Shown: positions 15,005-52,766 of the stretch, piece by piece | Layout: each line of letters begins with the position of its first letter | How positions within the stretch are numbered: position 1 is the stretch's first letter | Source of the DNA: Amoebidium appalachense | Lineage: Eukaryota; Protista; Ichthyosporea | DNA length: 64,000 nucleotides | Assembly (NCBI GenBank): GCA_963693365.1 | Contig: CAVNZM010000009.1 | Location: 7,855,408-7,919,407 of the forward strand | Direction: 5' to 3' | Notes under the pieces: generated by a model | Told to the model about the DNA's origin: nothing | Seen by the model: the letters and a program-made list of their open reading frames with translations, nothing else | The model's database searches: none | Program-made: the position numbers and the translations under genes

Positions 15005-15239
15005 CGCACACACACACACGGACGCACGCATGCATGCACACACACGGACGCACGCATGCATGCACACACACGGACGCACGCATGCATGCACACACGCACG
15101 CACGCACCTACACATATACGAACGCACACCCGCACACGCACACACAGACATAGACACGCGCGTACCCATACACACTATAAAATCCCTCACCTCCCTCTCC
15201 CCCCCCCTCGCCCCCTCCCTCTCAAACACACACACACAA

Positions 15240-16458
15240 AAAGAAAAATACAAATAGATTTTCAATCCCCTTCCATGCCCCAAGCTTTAATTTCCCGGAT
15301 TTCTTTGTGGAGAATTCTGAGGGGAGGAGGGGATGGGGCGGGGAGGGGGGGGGGGGGAGGGGAGGGGGGTAGGAGGAGCAGGGAAAAGGGGGGGGGGGGG
15401 GGGGGGAAGGGGGAGGGGGGAGGGGGGTACTTTGGAAAGAGGTGTGAACAATCTGCTTTTGTGTGGTGTTGATGAGTTGCTGAAGGTGCGAAAAGGGGTG
15501 GGTGGTTGGGTTTGCTCTCTGCTGGGAATTGGGTGGGGGGGGGGGGGGGGGGGGGGGGGAGGGGGGGGGGGGGGGGGTGGGGAGGGGGGAGGGGAAGATG
15601 TTGGTGCTGCAAAGGGAGGGAGGGAGGGAGGGAGATGAAGGTGGGGGGAGGGGCAGCCGGTGGATGGTTGTTAATTAAGCAGTTGAGAGCAAAATCTGCG
15701 GGATTGAGCACAAATTCAGTCTTATGAGATTGTTGGTGGATGCAGAAAGAGCCTCAAGGGATCGGTGGTCTAGGGTTGTGGGTACAGTCAGGGAGGTAAT
15801 GGGAGGGATTTAGCTCAGTGCTGGTGACTTAGTAAATTGCTGTGTGCCTCAGTGTGTCTAAGAGATAGCGGGTGGGAACTTCGAATGATTAAAGTCACAC
15901 ATGACATTGTGTTGTGTGTGTGGGAGGGTGTGGGTTGGGGTGTGTGTGTGTGTGGGTTTGTGTGTGGGTGTGAATGGGTGGGTGGGTGTGTGTGTGTGAC
16001 GGGGGAGGGGGGGGGGGGGGGGGGAGGAGGAGGGGGAGGAGGAGGTAAATGGAAAATATAGGAGTGATTGAGGTCGGGAAAGTCAGGGATGGGACCTTGG
16101 GCAGCGGTTCTTGGTGACCTTTCAGCATTTTGCCAGTCACCTTCAGGGAACAATCCATTGCAACCACCATTATGGCATGCATTTGTATGGGCGGTCACCC
16201 AAGCAGTGGGATTAAATTCAACATGGGGGTAAATGCACGAGGCCGTGGCTGTGATTGTGGGACCATGTGTAGCCACTAGGGGACTTATCAATGGCTTTTT
16301 GTTTAGAGATGAGCAGTTTGGCCCAAAACTAAAATGCATGCACCTAGGCTGTTTGGCAGGGGTATTTTCCTGTACCCTCTTCCATTCACCACTTCACATT
16401 CACCACTAGCGCTTTCTTCCAGCCCCCTGTCCCCCCCCCCCCCCCCCCCCCCCCATCT

Positions 16459-16489
<31 letters not shown>

Positions 16490-19400
16490 GGGCATATCCC
16501 TGACCCACAGCTCCAAGGCCCCCAACATATTGCCCTGACCCCATTTCCTCCCTTCTCTCATCCCCTCCCTTCACCCCCCCCCCCCCCTCCCCCCTCCCCC
16601 CCCCGCCCCCCCCCCCCCCCCCCCCCCTCCCCCCTCCTCCCCACCTCCTCTCCCCCCTTCCCCACACAAAAAACTTCGAAATAGGTGTCCGACTTCCCTT
16701 CACCGAAATCCAAGCACTCATTTATCGTTTATCAAATTTCTAGGAGTGGGGAAGGAAGGAGGGGGTGGCCCGGATGAGGAACAGGGGGCGAGGGGGTTGG
16801 GGGAGTGGGGGGGTGGAGGGGGACGGGGGGGAGGGGGGGGGGGGGGACTTGCTACATGCCCCAGTACTTGTCAAATAGGTATTTTTTATTTTATCACGTT
16901 TTCTTCCCGGAGGGTGGATGGGTGTGGGTGTGACCTTGCAGGCCCTCTAGGAAAGCTACTGTCTACCACACAGCACCGACAGTACATAAGCTAAACCATC
17001 ATTCACAAACCTAATTATAAGTACACACTTGGTTTGCTACCCTAGTCACGCCGGCACTTGTCAAATAAGTGGCTGGCGGGGAAGTTGAGTGATCAAGTCA
17101 AGAACGGCATTGTGTGTGTGTGATGGGTGTGTGTGAGGGGGGGAGGGGGGGGGGGGGGGGGGTTGTGTGTGTGGATGCGTGTGTGTGGGTGGGTGGGGGG
17201 AAGGTGAGTGGTTGTGGGGAGGGGGGAGGAGGGAGGGGAGGGAGGGGGTTGGATACAAGAATAATGTAGGAGTGATTAAGGAAGGGTTCACCAGCATTAT
17301 TTTATGGGTGACCTTTGGCATCCTTCTTCCTGCTTGGAGCTTACTGCAACCACCATAGTGGCATGCATTTGTGTGGGCGGTCACCCAACTCAGTAGCGGG
17401 CTAAATCCAGCTGGTGGTTAATGCACCAAGTCGTGGCTGTGATTGTAGGACCATGTGTGGCCATGGAACACTACGAGACTCATCGATGACTTTTTTTTAG
17501 AAATGAGCAGTTAGGGCCAAAACCGAAATGGATGCATACGTGATTGACTGTTTGCTAGGAATAGCGCCCTATATCTCATCCACTGCAAACTCATTGCTCC
17601 AATTCTTCCCCCCTCCCCCCTTCCTCCCCTCCCCCCCCCCCCGCCCCCCTCCCCCCAACCCCCCCCAGAGGGGGCATCCCCACCCCATAGCTCCGAGGGC
17701 CTCCTCATTCCACCCTGGCCATTGGCCTCCCTTTTCTCATAGTTTCTGCCCCCTTCACCCCCCCCCCCCCCCCCCCCCCCCCCCTTCTCCCCCTCGTCCC
17801 CCTCCCCGCACACACATATACACAAAACAAAAAACTCCAAATAGGTGTTCAAATCCCTTCCATGCCCCAATCATGTCTTTAGGGGGGGGGAGGGGGAGGG
17901 GGGGGGGAGAGGGGGGAGCAGCCAGTGGATACTTGTCAAGCATCTGCTAGGGACAATCTTTTGACCTTTTTGGGTGTACTGTGTGGGTGGTCTTGAATGC
18001 AAATCTGGGAGCACAAATTCAGTCACATGACATCAATGTTGTTGGTGGATGTAGAGGGGGTCAATGGCCTGGGGATCTGGGTACGGGAAAGGGGATAATA
18101 ATGGAAAGTGATTTGGATCAGTGACAGTAACACTGCTGTGTGCCCTTGTACTTTTCAAATGCTTTGAGGTAGCTGGTGAGACTTTTAAGTTATCAAGTTC
18201 ATGCATGACATTGTGTTATCTGTGTGGGTGGGGGGGGAGGGGGGGGGGGGGGGGGGGGGGGTACGGGAAAGGGGATAATAATGGAAAGTGTTTTGGATCA
18301 GTGACAGTAACACTGCTGTGTGCCCTTGTACTTGTCAAATGCATTGAGGTAGCTGGCAAGACTTTCAGGTTATCAAGTTCATGCATGACATTGTGTTATC
18401 TGTGTGGGTGGGTGGGGGGGGGGGGGGGGGGGGGGTTGGGTGGGTGGGTGGGAGGGTGCGGGTGGATGGTGATGGGAAATATACGAGTGATTGAGGTTGG
18501 AACAGTCAGGGTAGGAATCATGAGCAATTTTTATGGGATGATCTTTGGGCCTTTTCAACATCTTCATGCACAAACCATAGCGGCATGCATTGATGTAGAC
18601 AATCACCCGACCAGAAGGAACTAATCCAGCTAGGGGTGAATGCACAAAGCCGTAGCTGTGATTGTGGGACCATATGTACACCACTACGCGACTTATCGAT
18701 GACTATCTAGTGTTTTTTGATAAAATGAGCAGTTTATGCCCAAACCGAAATAGATGCACATACTACCGGGCTGTTCAATGCCAAGGTATTTCGATATACA
18801 TGTATCCTCATCCTGAGTGGTGGTCAGGTGATTGGTAAAGGAGAGAGAAAGGGGGTGGGTGAAGGATGGGAGAAGGGTGGGTGTTTGGGTGGCTCACCCC
18901 TGGCAATGGGGGGAGGGGGAGGGGGAGGGGGGAGGGGGGAGGAGGGGGGGGGGGGGGCGAGCAGATGGGGGGCGGGGCGGGGGGGCGGGGGGGGGGGGGA
19001 GAGAGGGGGGAGGGAGCAAATGGGTGGAGAGGCCACGTGGATGGGAGGGTGGGTGTGGGGGTAGTGTGGATGCTGCCCAGAATGGGGGGAGGGGGAGGGG
19101 AGGGGGAGGGGGGAAGGGGGGGGGCTGGGGGCAGCCAACATGTATAGTTATTGAGTAGCTGTCAGGGTCAATCTTTTAACCTTTGGGGTGTTCTTTGTGG
19201 GCGGCCTCAAAAAGCAAAGTCTGGGAACAACAACTCAGTCACCAGTGAGATTGTTTGGTAAATGCAGAGGGGGTGGGTTGCCGGGGGCTCTGTGTACATG
19301 CAAGGAGGTAATGGGAAGGGAATAAGCTCAGTGGCTTGGTAATATGCTATGTGCCTCAGTACGTGTTGAATTGGTAGCTGGTGGGAACTTCGAATGATTA

Positions 19401-20125
19401 AAGTCACACATGACATTTGTGTTGTGTGTGTGGGAGGGTGTTGGTGGATGGGGGTGGCCCACGGTGGGTGGGTGGGGGTGGGGGTGGGGTTGGGTGGAGA
19501 GGGGAGGGAGGGGAGGGATGAAGTGGAAAATTATGAGTGATTGAGGGTGGGTCAGTCATGGAAGGGATTTTGGTTAATGGTTGTGGGTGACCTTTTGGCA
19601 AAATCTGCCTCTTCCTGATTGACGACGAGGATTGCAACCACTATAGTGGCATGCAAATATATGGGCGGTCACCCAGCTAGCAATCAATTTCAGCTGGTGG
19701 TGAATGCACAAAGCCGTGGCTGTGATTGTGGGACCATATGTAGACCCGTGACTGTGGGGCTTATCGATGGCTTTGCCTGCAAAAAATGAGCAAGTTAGGG
19801 CAACACCGAAAGGGATGCACATATGATTGACTGTGTGCTAGGAATCGTTAACTATATGCTTCTTCACTGCAAACTTATCCCCCCCCCCCCCCCCCCCCCC
19901 CGCCTGGGTGGGGCATCCCCACCGCACAGCCCTGACGCCCCCAACATTTCACACTATGCATTGCCCTCCTTTCTCTCACAATCCCCCCCCTCCCCCTCCC
20001 CCCCCCCCCCCCCCTCCCCCCACCCACCCACCCACCCAACCGCGCACATACACGAAACAAAAAAACCCAACTAGATGTTCAATTCCCTTCGACGTCCCAA
20101 GTATGTCATGCTTCTTTTTTTTTTG

Positions 20126-20215
<90 letters not shown>

Positions 20216-20319
20216 GTTGTGAACAATCTGAGCTTGTGTGGTGGTGATTGATAAAGGGCGAGAAAGCGGGTGGGTGACGGATGGGGGAAGGTTGGGTGTT
20301 TGGGTTGGCTCTCGGCTGG

Positions 20320-20359
<40 letters not shown>

Positions 20360-20972
20360 CAAGTGAATAGTTGTTAAGCAGCTGTTGAGGAATCTTCTCA
20401 ACTATGTATCGGGGTGTACTGTGTGGGCAGCATGGAAAGCCAAATATTGGAGCCACAAATCCAGTCGCATGGCATTGTTGGTGGATATAGAAGGGGTCGG
20501 TGGCCGGAGTATCTGCATGCACTACGGGACTTCTTGATGGTTTTCTTTTTAGAAATCATTCAGTTAGACTGTTAATGAGGCTAGTCTCTCATCCTCCTTC
20601 ACCGCTCAAATTCATCGGGGGGAGGGGGGGGGGGGGGGGGAGGGGAAGGGTGGCATCCCAGCCCTGAGACCCCAAACCTAGGGGCATCCCCTCCCCTCGT
20701 CCCCACACAAAAACTTCCAATGATATCCGGCTTCCCCGTTTGGCAATACCCCAAGCACTCATTTCTCGTATTTCTAGAAGTGCTGAGGGGAGGAGGGGGT
20801 GGAGGGGCAGAAGGGGTTTTGGGCCCAAGGGAGGGGGAGGGAGGGCTTGCTACATGCCCCAGTACTTGTCAAACTGGTGCGGGGCCTTCGAGTGATCAAG
20901 CCAAAAATGGCACAGTGTTTGTGTGTTTGGGTAAGTGTGGTTGGGTGTGACACTGTGTGTGTGTGTGTGTGT

Positions 20973-21020
<48 letters not shown>

Positions 21021-21058
21021 AGGGTTGGAAGAAGGGGGGGGAGGGGCCCGGGGGGGAA

Positions 21059-21101
<43 letters not shown>

Positions 21102-21462
21102 CTCGGTGAAATGGAAAATAGCTATGGTGACATTTTCGCATTCCACCTTTTGGAAAGGAAAACAAGACTCGTCTGCAATCACCATAGCGGTGTGCATTTT
21201 AGTGGGTGGTCACCCAAGTAGTCAGATTAAATTCAGCTGGTGGTGAATGCACAAAGCTGTGGCTGTGATTGTGGGACGATGTGCATGTCACTACAGAACC
21301 TATCGATGGCTTTGTTTTTAGAAATGAGCAGTTATGGCCACAATCGAAATGGATGCACACGATTCGTTTACTAAGGACAGTTTCTTATATCCTAGCTCCG
21401 GATCCTTTTACCACTTCACATTCCCCGCTTTCCCTCCCCTCACTCCCCACTCCCCCGGGGCC

Positions 21463-21518
<56 letters not shown>

Positions 21519-21730
21519 TCCCCACCCCACAGCCCTTCGGCCACCTTCGAAACCCCCCAAATTCGATCCCGGGCCATTGTCCTCGCCGGCTCTAAACCCC
21601 ATACCCCCCCCCCCCCCCCCCCCCCCCCACACAAAATAAAAAAAATAAAAAAAAATAAAAATAAAAATAAAAATAAGCTAAATTATTCTTGAAAACAGGG
21701 ATCCGATTTCTTTTTCATACCCCAGGGGAT
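15240..21730. repeat. Degenerate tandem macro-repeat, about five units of 1.06-1.54 kb; conserved blocks separated by G/C homopolymers
   Basis: A ~190-nt core containing GTGGCTGTGATTGTGGGAC-like sequence starts at 16245, 17433, 18652, 19716 and 21259. A second block (GAGCACAAATTCAGTC...TGTTGGTGGAT) lies at ~15705, 18009, 19224 and 20450. An exact 28-mer occurs at 16848 and 20846. An internal 180-nt tandem duplication is at 18081/18261. Confidence 0.85.
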
Positions 21731-22833
21731 CATTTATCGAATTTGTAGGATGGAAAAGGGGGAAGAAGGTGGGGGATTAGAGAGAGGAGGTGGGGGAGGT
21801 GGGGGGATTGGAAAGAGGTGTGAGCTGCACTGGTGGGAAGGTGATTGATAAGTCGGGGACAACGGGGGGTGGGTGAGGAATGATAAGTTATTGGGTTGGC
21901 TCGAAAACTCCCCAGGGGAGTGGGGGGAGATGGGAGAGGTGAGGGTAGAGAAGGTGGAATGGGAGGGGTTAGGGTTAGGATTTTGGGGGAGGGGAAAGGG
22001 AAGGGTCATGGGACCGCGGGGGGGGGGGGGGGGGGGGGGCAGGGCACAATTATTGACAACCTGCAGTCTTGTACAACCTGTTCAACTACTCATATGATGC
22101 CTTTGAACCCCAGAGTGAAAGAAAGAGACCGAAAAGGAAGTACGACCGGGGGGGGGGGGGGGGGGGGGGGGGGAGGGAGGGACGCATGTTTGTGGCTTTT
22201 TAATTTATTGGTAACACCACATCCCACCAACAGGGCAGATTTGTTTGTAACGATTACATGCTGGGAGCTGAACACACAGCACCTAGGGACCATTGCACTT
22301 TATTGGACGCTCCCTCACATCACTTGTCAAAGTTAAGTATTCCAAACTAGCCGTGCACACGAAACCAGAAACCACCAAATCAATCAGAAATGTTGAAATA
22401 CAAGCACACACTATTTTATGTAGTAACGTGCCTACACACCGTAAGCGAGCGTCACATATCATCTGTCTCCTGATAGTATTTATCGTTGAATATAATATTT
22501 CATCAAATACCCCATATCCCACATTTGCCAACTCACTATTCACTACCACTGGCTCTAAGGTGTACCTCAAGCAAATTACCTAACTATTATATATATCGGC
22601 GATTTTGTTCAAACATATGCTCATGGCATCAGACGCGCGTATGTTGTGGCTCAACTATAACAAACGTAATTAACGTGGGTGATAAGGTGTATTATCTAAA
22701 TGCATTCACAATTCATACCCTACATCAAAAAAGAAAGGGTTGATACACGACCCTGGAATTAAACGAACATCATCACCATTTGTCTTATGCCTGTGCCACG
22801 AAACTACCAAGATACACCCTATCCAATCCCCCC

Positions 22834-22872
<39 letters not shown>

Positions 22873-22958
22873 CCAAAAAAAAAGACCGCCCTTATGACGT
22901 TTTATTATGCCAAGGTCCACACGCATAGTGGAACGCATATACTGCAATGCACACGCGG

Positions 22959-23038
<80 letters not shown>

Positions 23039-23072
23039 CCCCCCCTCCCCCCCGCCCCCAAAAAAACACACG

Positions 23073-23117
<45 letters not shown>

Positions 23118-23121
23118 GTCC

Positions 23122-23152
<31 letters not shown>

Positions 23153-23246
23153 ATGCGCACACACATACACACAGACACAGCCACCGTACACACAGCCTAA
23201 CCAACCCCACCCCTAGAAAACTACCCAACAAAAAAGACAGTCACTT

Positions 23247-40298
<17,052 letters not shown>

Positions 40299-40716
40299 TC
40301 TCCCCTCCCTGTGAAGTGACAAGAGGTAAGGAAAAACATACAGCACAAGAGATCTATTTACTCAGGCAGCTGGACTCTGCAGAATTAACTCCGTTTTTAT
40401 CTTCCCCTTCGTTTTCCCCTTTTTGGCCACCCCCTCCCCCCCCCCCCCCCCCCCTCTCTCTCTCCCCCCCTCCCTTCTGCCCCCCTCCCCTCCTCTCTTT
40501 CTCACAAATTTTTCTTGACCAACAGGACCTACCTTGCCCAACCTCATCTTACCCCTAATCACCACTAGTCCAACTTTATTGTCTTGGTGGTTCTCTTCCT
40601 GGGGCTGCTTTGCAACTTATCCGGAACATTTAGTCCACCAGTTACATTCCCCCGCTCCCACTTTACAGCCCCCCTCCCCCCTCCCCCCTCCCCCCCCCCT
40701 CAGACACACACACACG

Positions 40717-40747
<31 letters not shown>

Positions 40748-41420
40748 CCGCCTGCATCCCCCGACTGCCTGCCTTCCATCTATGCCGCCAGCACAACGTG
40801 CAAGCACTTTGAACATCCAGTCACACACTCCTCCATGTATACCATGCTTCTTACTCTCGCCTGAAAACCCGTAACTTCTGCTCAACCAATCGGGTTGCAC
40901 TTATCGAAGTCCCAACTCACCAAGCCACCCATCCTGTACCTGAAAATCCTTCCCACTTTCATCCATCTATGCCCTCTCTTCCCCTTCATTCTGACCCGAT
41001 ACCGCCGCAGACGCCCATAATCAACCCCCTCTTCCTTCCCCCTTCTCTCCCCCTCCCCCCTCCCCCCTGCCTCCGCCCCTCTGCTCATCCCCACCCCCCC
41101 CCCCCTTCCCCTATAGAAACAACACCCACACCCGAAACGTGCAAAAATACAGGAGTGGATTTGTGTGGTATGTGCGCAGCCTATAATGAAGCATAACCCC
41201 CAGGATTGTGTGCGTGTGCTGATTATTTGTTTGTGTGTCTACCTCCGCTTTATATAGCATGCTTGTATGAGTACGTACGGGAAATGGTATGTGCAAAACA
41301 CTGTGGGACCCGAGGAAACAAAAAGACGTATGAAAGATCCCTCTCCGGGCTTTTTTCGTATATATAGATTAGCATCCCTATTATAATGTTAATTACAGGC
41401 GACAAGAACATGGCAACCTA

Positions 41421-41612
41421 CCGTATTGCTGCTGACTCGGTTACTCTTTCTTTGCGTGCAGGCTTTTCCTTGCCCCGAACTCGAATGCGTGCTAAGAGTC
41501 CAAAGTAGACGCAGAATCGGCTAATAAAACATGCTCCGTGCAGGACAAACCACCTACACCTACACTGTATGTGCTTAAAAGGAAAAACGCTGCTGGATGT
41601 TGATTTTATATA
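41421..41612 (-). promoter_or_regulatory. Putative TCP11 TATA box and 5' non-coding first exon
   Basis: TATATAAAA at 41612-41604. A GTAGGT donor at 41421 could splice to the CAG acceptor at 40309-40311, just upstream of the ATG at 40298. Confidence 0.4.
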
Positions 41613-42219
41613 GATTAGCCCTAATTTATTTAAGTACTCCCCATCATAACAAGAACATGTCACAACCCACAAAAGTTCTGCATGAAACGACGTCATTTGG
41701 TGTGGTGCGTCTGTTCACGTCCGTTATTTGCCCGCCTCAAGGAGAATATCACAGTTGGATCTGTAAACTCATGATTGGCAAAGCTTATTTTATATACATA
41801 ATTTTAAAGAATGACTCGCCTATAAGTTAGTTTTTAACATTCATCTAAACTGTGATTAAAAAAGCAACAAAATAGCCTTGCTTTTTATTGGATAATAGAA
41901 TGAAAGAGCCAATCAGCATGTTCTACATTCCTCCATAGATCCCCCCCCCCCGCCATATGTTCCACCCTCCCCGCTTCCTCCCCTCCTCCCCGCCCTCCCT
42001 CCGCCCCTCTCCCCGGAGACGCAACCTGTCTCCCTTTGAGCCGCTTGAACTGTCCCAGGATCGTTAAGTGAACTGCCCCAGGATTCCGATTTTCGCAGCT
42101 TTCCAGGTGCACGTGCATGCACACGTGTGTGTACACGTGGGTATTCACACAGTGGCACAGCCCATGGCCACAGGCCAACGATGATGGAGGAGGATCGAGG
42201 GGTGTGTAGTTTGTGTGAC

Positions 42220-42261
<42 letters not shown>

Positions 42262-42281
42262 TGCATGCAGGTTCGTGTGTG

Positions 42282-42313
<32 letters not shown>

Positions 42314-42322
42314 CATGCAGGT

Positions 42323-42375
<53 letters not shown>

Positions 42376-43022
42376 GGTGTGTGGGTGGATGGGTGGGTGT
42401 CCACGTGTGTAAACATGTGTGTAGCATGTGTTCGTGTGTACGTGTCACATGTCACGCGTGTGTACACGTGTGACTGTCCATGTGTGCATGTACTGTGGCT
42501 TGTGTACGGAAATCGAGTGCATTTCTTTTTCACCTTTTTCGTTTGTGTCACGGTGTGGGTGTGGATGTGTGGGTGGGTGGGTGGGTCATGGCGGGTGGGT
42601 GTGCACGTGGGTGCGGGCCGGGTGTGTGTCTGTGTCTGTATCACACCACGTGCCTGTGAAGTCTGTGAGCCACGGTGTGTGGGCAAGCGTTACATATCTG
42701 CATTTTTTTTTATTATACCACCAGTCTACCACCAGTCTCTGTTTCTCATGTTCTCTTCTCCTCCCGAGGCCCTCTCTCACGCGCTCTCTAAATCTCTCTT
42801 TCTCGCTTGATGTCCCCCCCCCCCCCCTCCCCCTGGTACCTCTCTCCCCTCCCCCGCTCTCAATCTCTATTTCAAGCTTTCTCTCTTCCCCAGTCTCTCA
42901 CGTCACTCTCTTTCTCTCCCCCCCCCCCCCCCCCCCCCCCTCTCTCTCACAGTCAGCCAGACTGCTGTCTCTATCCCCCCCGCCTCTCTCACACTTCCCT
43001 CTCCCTCTCAGTCTGTCCATCC

Positions 43023-43079
<57 letters not shown>

Positions 43080-43585
43080 CCTCTCCCTCTTTACCTTCCT
43101 CCCTATCGCTAGAGACCCTCTCTCTCCATATCTCCTCTCTCACTTCGTTTTTCAATCTTTTATTTTTTTTTTTTTAAGGGGGGGGGAGGGGGGGGGGGGG
43201 GGGGGGGAGGGGGGGACAAGTTGTCGGTTTGATCCATGCCTGGCTCCTGGTAGTTTTTGCAATAATTTTATTTACTTTGGCAATGCTCGTAAATCATGAA
43301 TAGATGAGATATATCACAGACTCTGGTCTTTAGCAAAGAAGAAGACACTACCAATATGTATAACGTATCAACATGGCATGGGCAAAAATACCCCCCCCCC
43401 CCCCCCCCCTCCCCCCCCCCCCCCACCCACCCACCCACCCACCCACCCCTCCCCTCTAGGGATCTCTCTTCTTTTCTTTTTCTTCTCTTTGCATGGGGAT
43501 ACCCTTTTTTTCCCCCATTCTTAAATAATTTTTACGTTAACAGCACAATATGTTCAACATTATTTGTATCCACATCAACTCTATG

Positions 43586-43652
<67 letters not shown>

Positions 43653-44055
43653 GTGTTGGGGAGGTATAGGAAGGATAAGTATGTGACTTGTGGATATGCC
43701 GGATGATTGGGTACTAATGTGGCTAATTAGTAAGTGTGATCCATCAACACACACACTGATAATTGTCATTTCTGTAAATGCATTGACTAGGCTTGAATAT
43801 ACCCTTGGCAGGGAGTCTCGTGTGGACACTTGGCCTTGAAGGTGCACATGTATGTGTGCGTGTTCCATAAACGCAAAGGTTTATAGTGACGGTGTAAGCA
43901 AAGTTTTTGCATGGTGCACGAAGCAAACATGGCCCGGGGGGGAGGGGGCGGAGGGGGGGGGGGGGGGGGGGGTGGGGGGGGGGCTGTATATAACTTGTAT
44001 GTGCAAGTAGAGGAAAAAGGGAGGTGGGGGGGGGGGGGGTTGGAGCCGTGCATAC

Positions 44056-44508
44056 CTTTCCAGAGGGGAAGGGGCAGGCATGTGGCCAGGCCGATGATGA
44101 TTGGCTCTCGGGGTCGAACGGGACACCACACCGCACCTGGGGGGTTCACTGTCAGTGGGCTGGGATTGGGGGGGGGGGGGGGGGGGGGGGGGGGAGGGAA
44201 AGAGGGCGGTGCTGGTGGTTGTGGTGGACGTGGTGGTGATGGGGTGGTGTGTGTGTGTGGAGCGGGGGGGGAGGGGAGGGAGGGGGGAGGGGGGGGTAGG
44301 GGGCTGGGAGGAAGCGGGGAGAGAGAGATTTCCAAATGGGTTTGGGCAATGACTGGCACAGGCATATTTGGGTAGGGTTTCCAGGGGGAGGCGGGAGGGG
44401 GGGGGTCATCCGTACCGGCAGTGTGTTGGTGTTGTGCATGCCGGCCGTCACAGCTCAAGGCGGTGGGGGTGGAGGGTTGCTGATTGGCTGACAGGCACGT
44501 GACTTGGC
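44056..44508 (-). pseudogene. Two-exon gene fragment (44508-44416, 44136-44056) paralogous to the left-edge plus-strand exon
   Basis: CAG/GT boundaries with an open phase-1 frame. The second exon is 75/81 identical to 1314-1394. No start codon or further exons were identified. Confidence 0.45.
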
Positions 44509-45427
44509 CTGTGACAAAGATATGGTGTAACCATGTGCTCCTTTAAGCCGCAGCATTAAAGACAACGTGCTGATAAGTGCAACCAAGCAGAAACGCTCAA
44601 AATCACAAATCACCTATTTTCTGACCGACTTTGGAAAGGGGTCATCTATCAACTATCAACCCATTTTCCCTTATCTTTTTCCCCGATACTCCATTTCTGT
44701 GCCACGTTCTCTCACTCTGCTCTTCTCCCTCTCTCGCCTACCCACTTCTTCTGTGCGTGCAAACCTGTTTGTTTGTTCCAGTCATTCTGCTTCACTTCTC
44801 CAACAGAGGTGTGCATGTCTGTCTGTGTGTACGAATATGTTATGGGCATGGGTTTGTGTGCCCATGGCTCACGAGCATCGCATTGTATTATGTGTCTTCC
44901 CTAATCTCTATACCTTTTTTCTTTTTGGCGTGGTTGTGGCAGGTATTTGTGTGTGTGTGTGTGTGCGCACACGCGGGACTGCTTCTGTCTATACTATCTT
45001 CTTAATTTAACTTTTCCACGTTTTATGTAATTCTTTATTTATTCTTTTTTTTTTTTTCCTTTTTTTTGGGGGGGGAAGGGGGGGGGGGGGGGGGAGGGGG
45101 GGGGGAAGGGGGGGGGGGGGGTGTTGGGGTGTTTACCATAGAATGCTAGTGCACCGTTGTGTCACCAATCTAGAACTTGTGAGGAAGAGAAGGGGCGGCG
45201 GCTTGAATTCCCCTGCGGGAGTGTGGGAGGGATATATCAGAAACTGATATTAGACTAGATGGCCAATGGTATCCAATCTTTGTTGACCATATTTGGAGCA
45301 TTCAACCCAAGAGAGCAGCAGCACACAAGCTAAGAATTGAGGCACATAGTTCCCCTGGGAAAACAACCGACCACATTGCAATAATTCTTATGGACTGACT
45401 GAACCAATCAGATAGGATGTTCACGTA

Positions 45428-51936
<6,509 letters not shown>

Positions 51937-52388
51937 GCGGCAGCCGGCGCTGCGGCCGTCAAAAGGTCAAATGTGCCCAAGGCTGTACGGACATGTAAGT
52001 GGCATTGCTCATACCGTATCAACTGACTGTGATACTACTATGTAATTCGTATTAAGCGACATTTTTTAAACTGCACTGACCAAGTACCCCCGTTCTGTCC
52101 CCCTCGTAACTCCATCCCCCTTGTTCTACGGAAACTTTATTCAAGGGGGGGGGAGGGTGAGGGTGGGGGCGGTGGAGGGGGGGGGGGGGGGGGGACGGTG
52201 GGGTGGAGGGGGCGGAGGAGGGAGGGAGGGAGGAGGAAGGGGGCAGGGGGACAAGTGGTGGCTGGGCCAGGGGAATTTCAGCCCGAACCGTTGAAATTGT
52301 CATAGCATTACACGTTTCTATCAATATCGGAACGCACTCATTATATACGTGCCGTACTGCGGGTCAAGAAGACATCAGAGTCGATTCG

Positions 52389-52593
52389 ATGATTTATTTG
52401 CACAACTCCACTGCACAAAACCCACTGTACAGTATAAATGCGAATGTCCCAGGACGGACTCTAACAAACGCAAACCGGTTTTCCAGATACGCTTTTCTCG
52501 CCAATCCTATGCTGTCCTCCCAACTGGAGAATGATGCCCTGTATGGTGCGCAGTTGGGTGCTCAGAGCCTGGCCCAGGGTGTTCAATCCGGTA

Positions 52594-52633
<40 letters not shown>

Positions 52634-52671
52634 ACAAAAACACACACACACACGCGCGCGCGCGCGCACAC

Positions 52672-52766
<95 letters not shown>

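Noticed and set aside
15815-16339. Minus-strand ORF through the macro-repeat core (GPTITATA.CI)
   Set aside because: Similar peptides in other copies reflect DNA similarity; frames are broken by indels and stops between copies.
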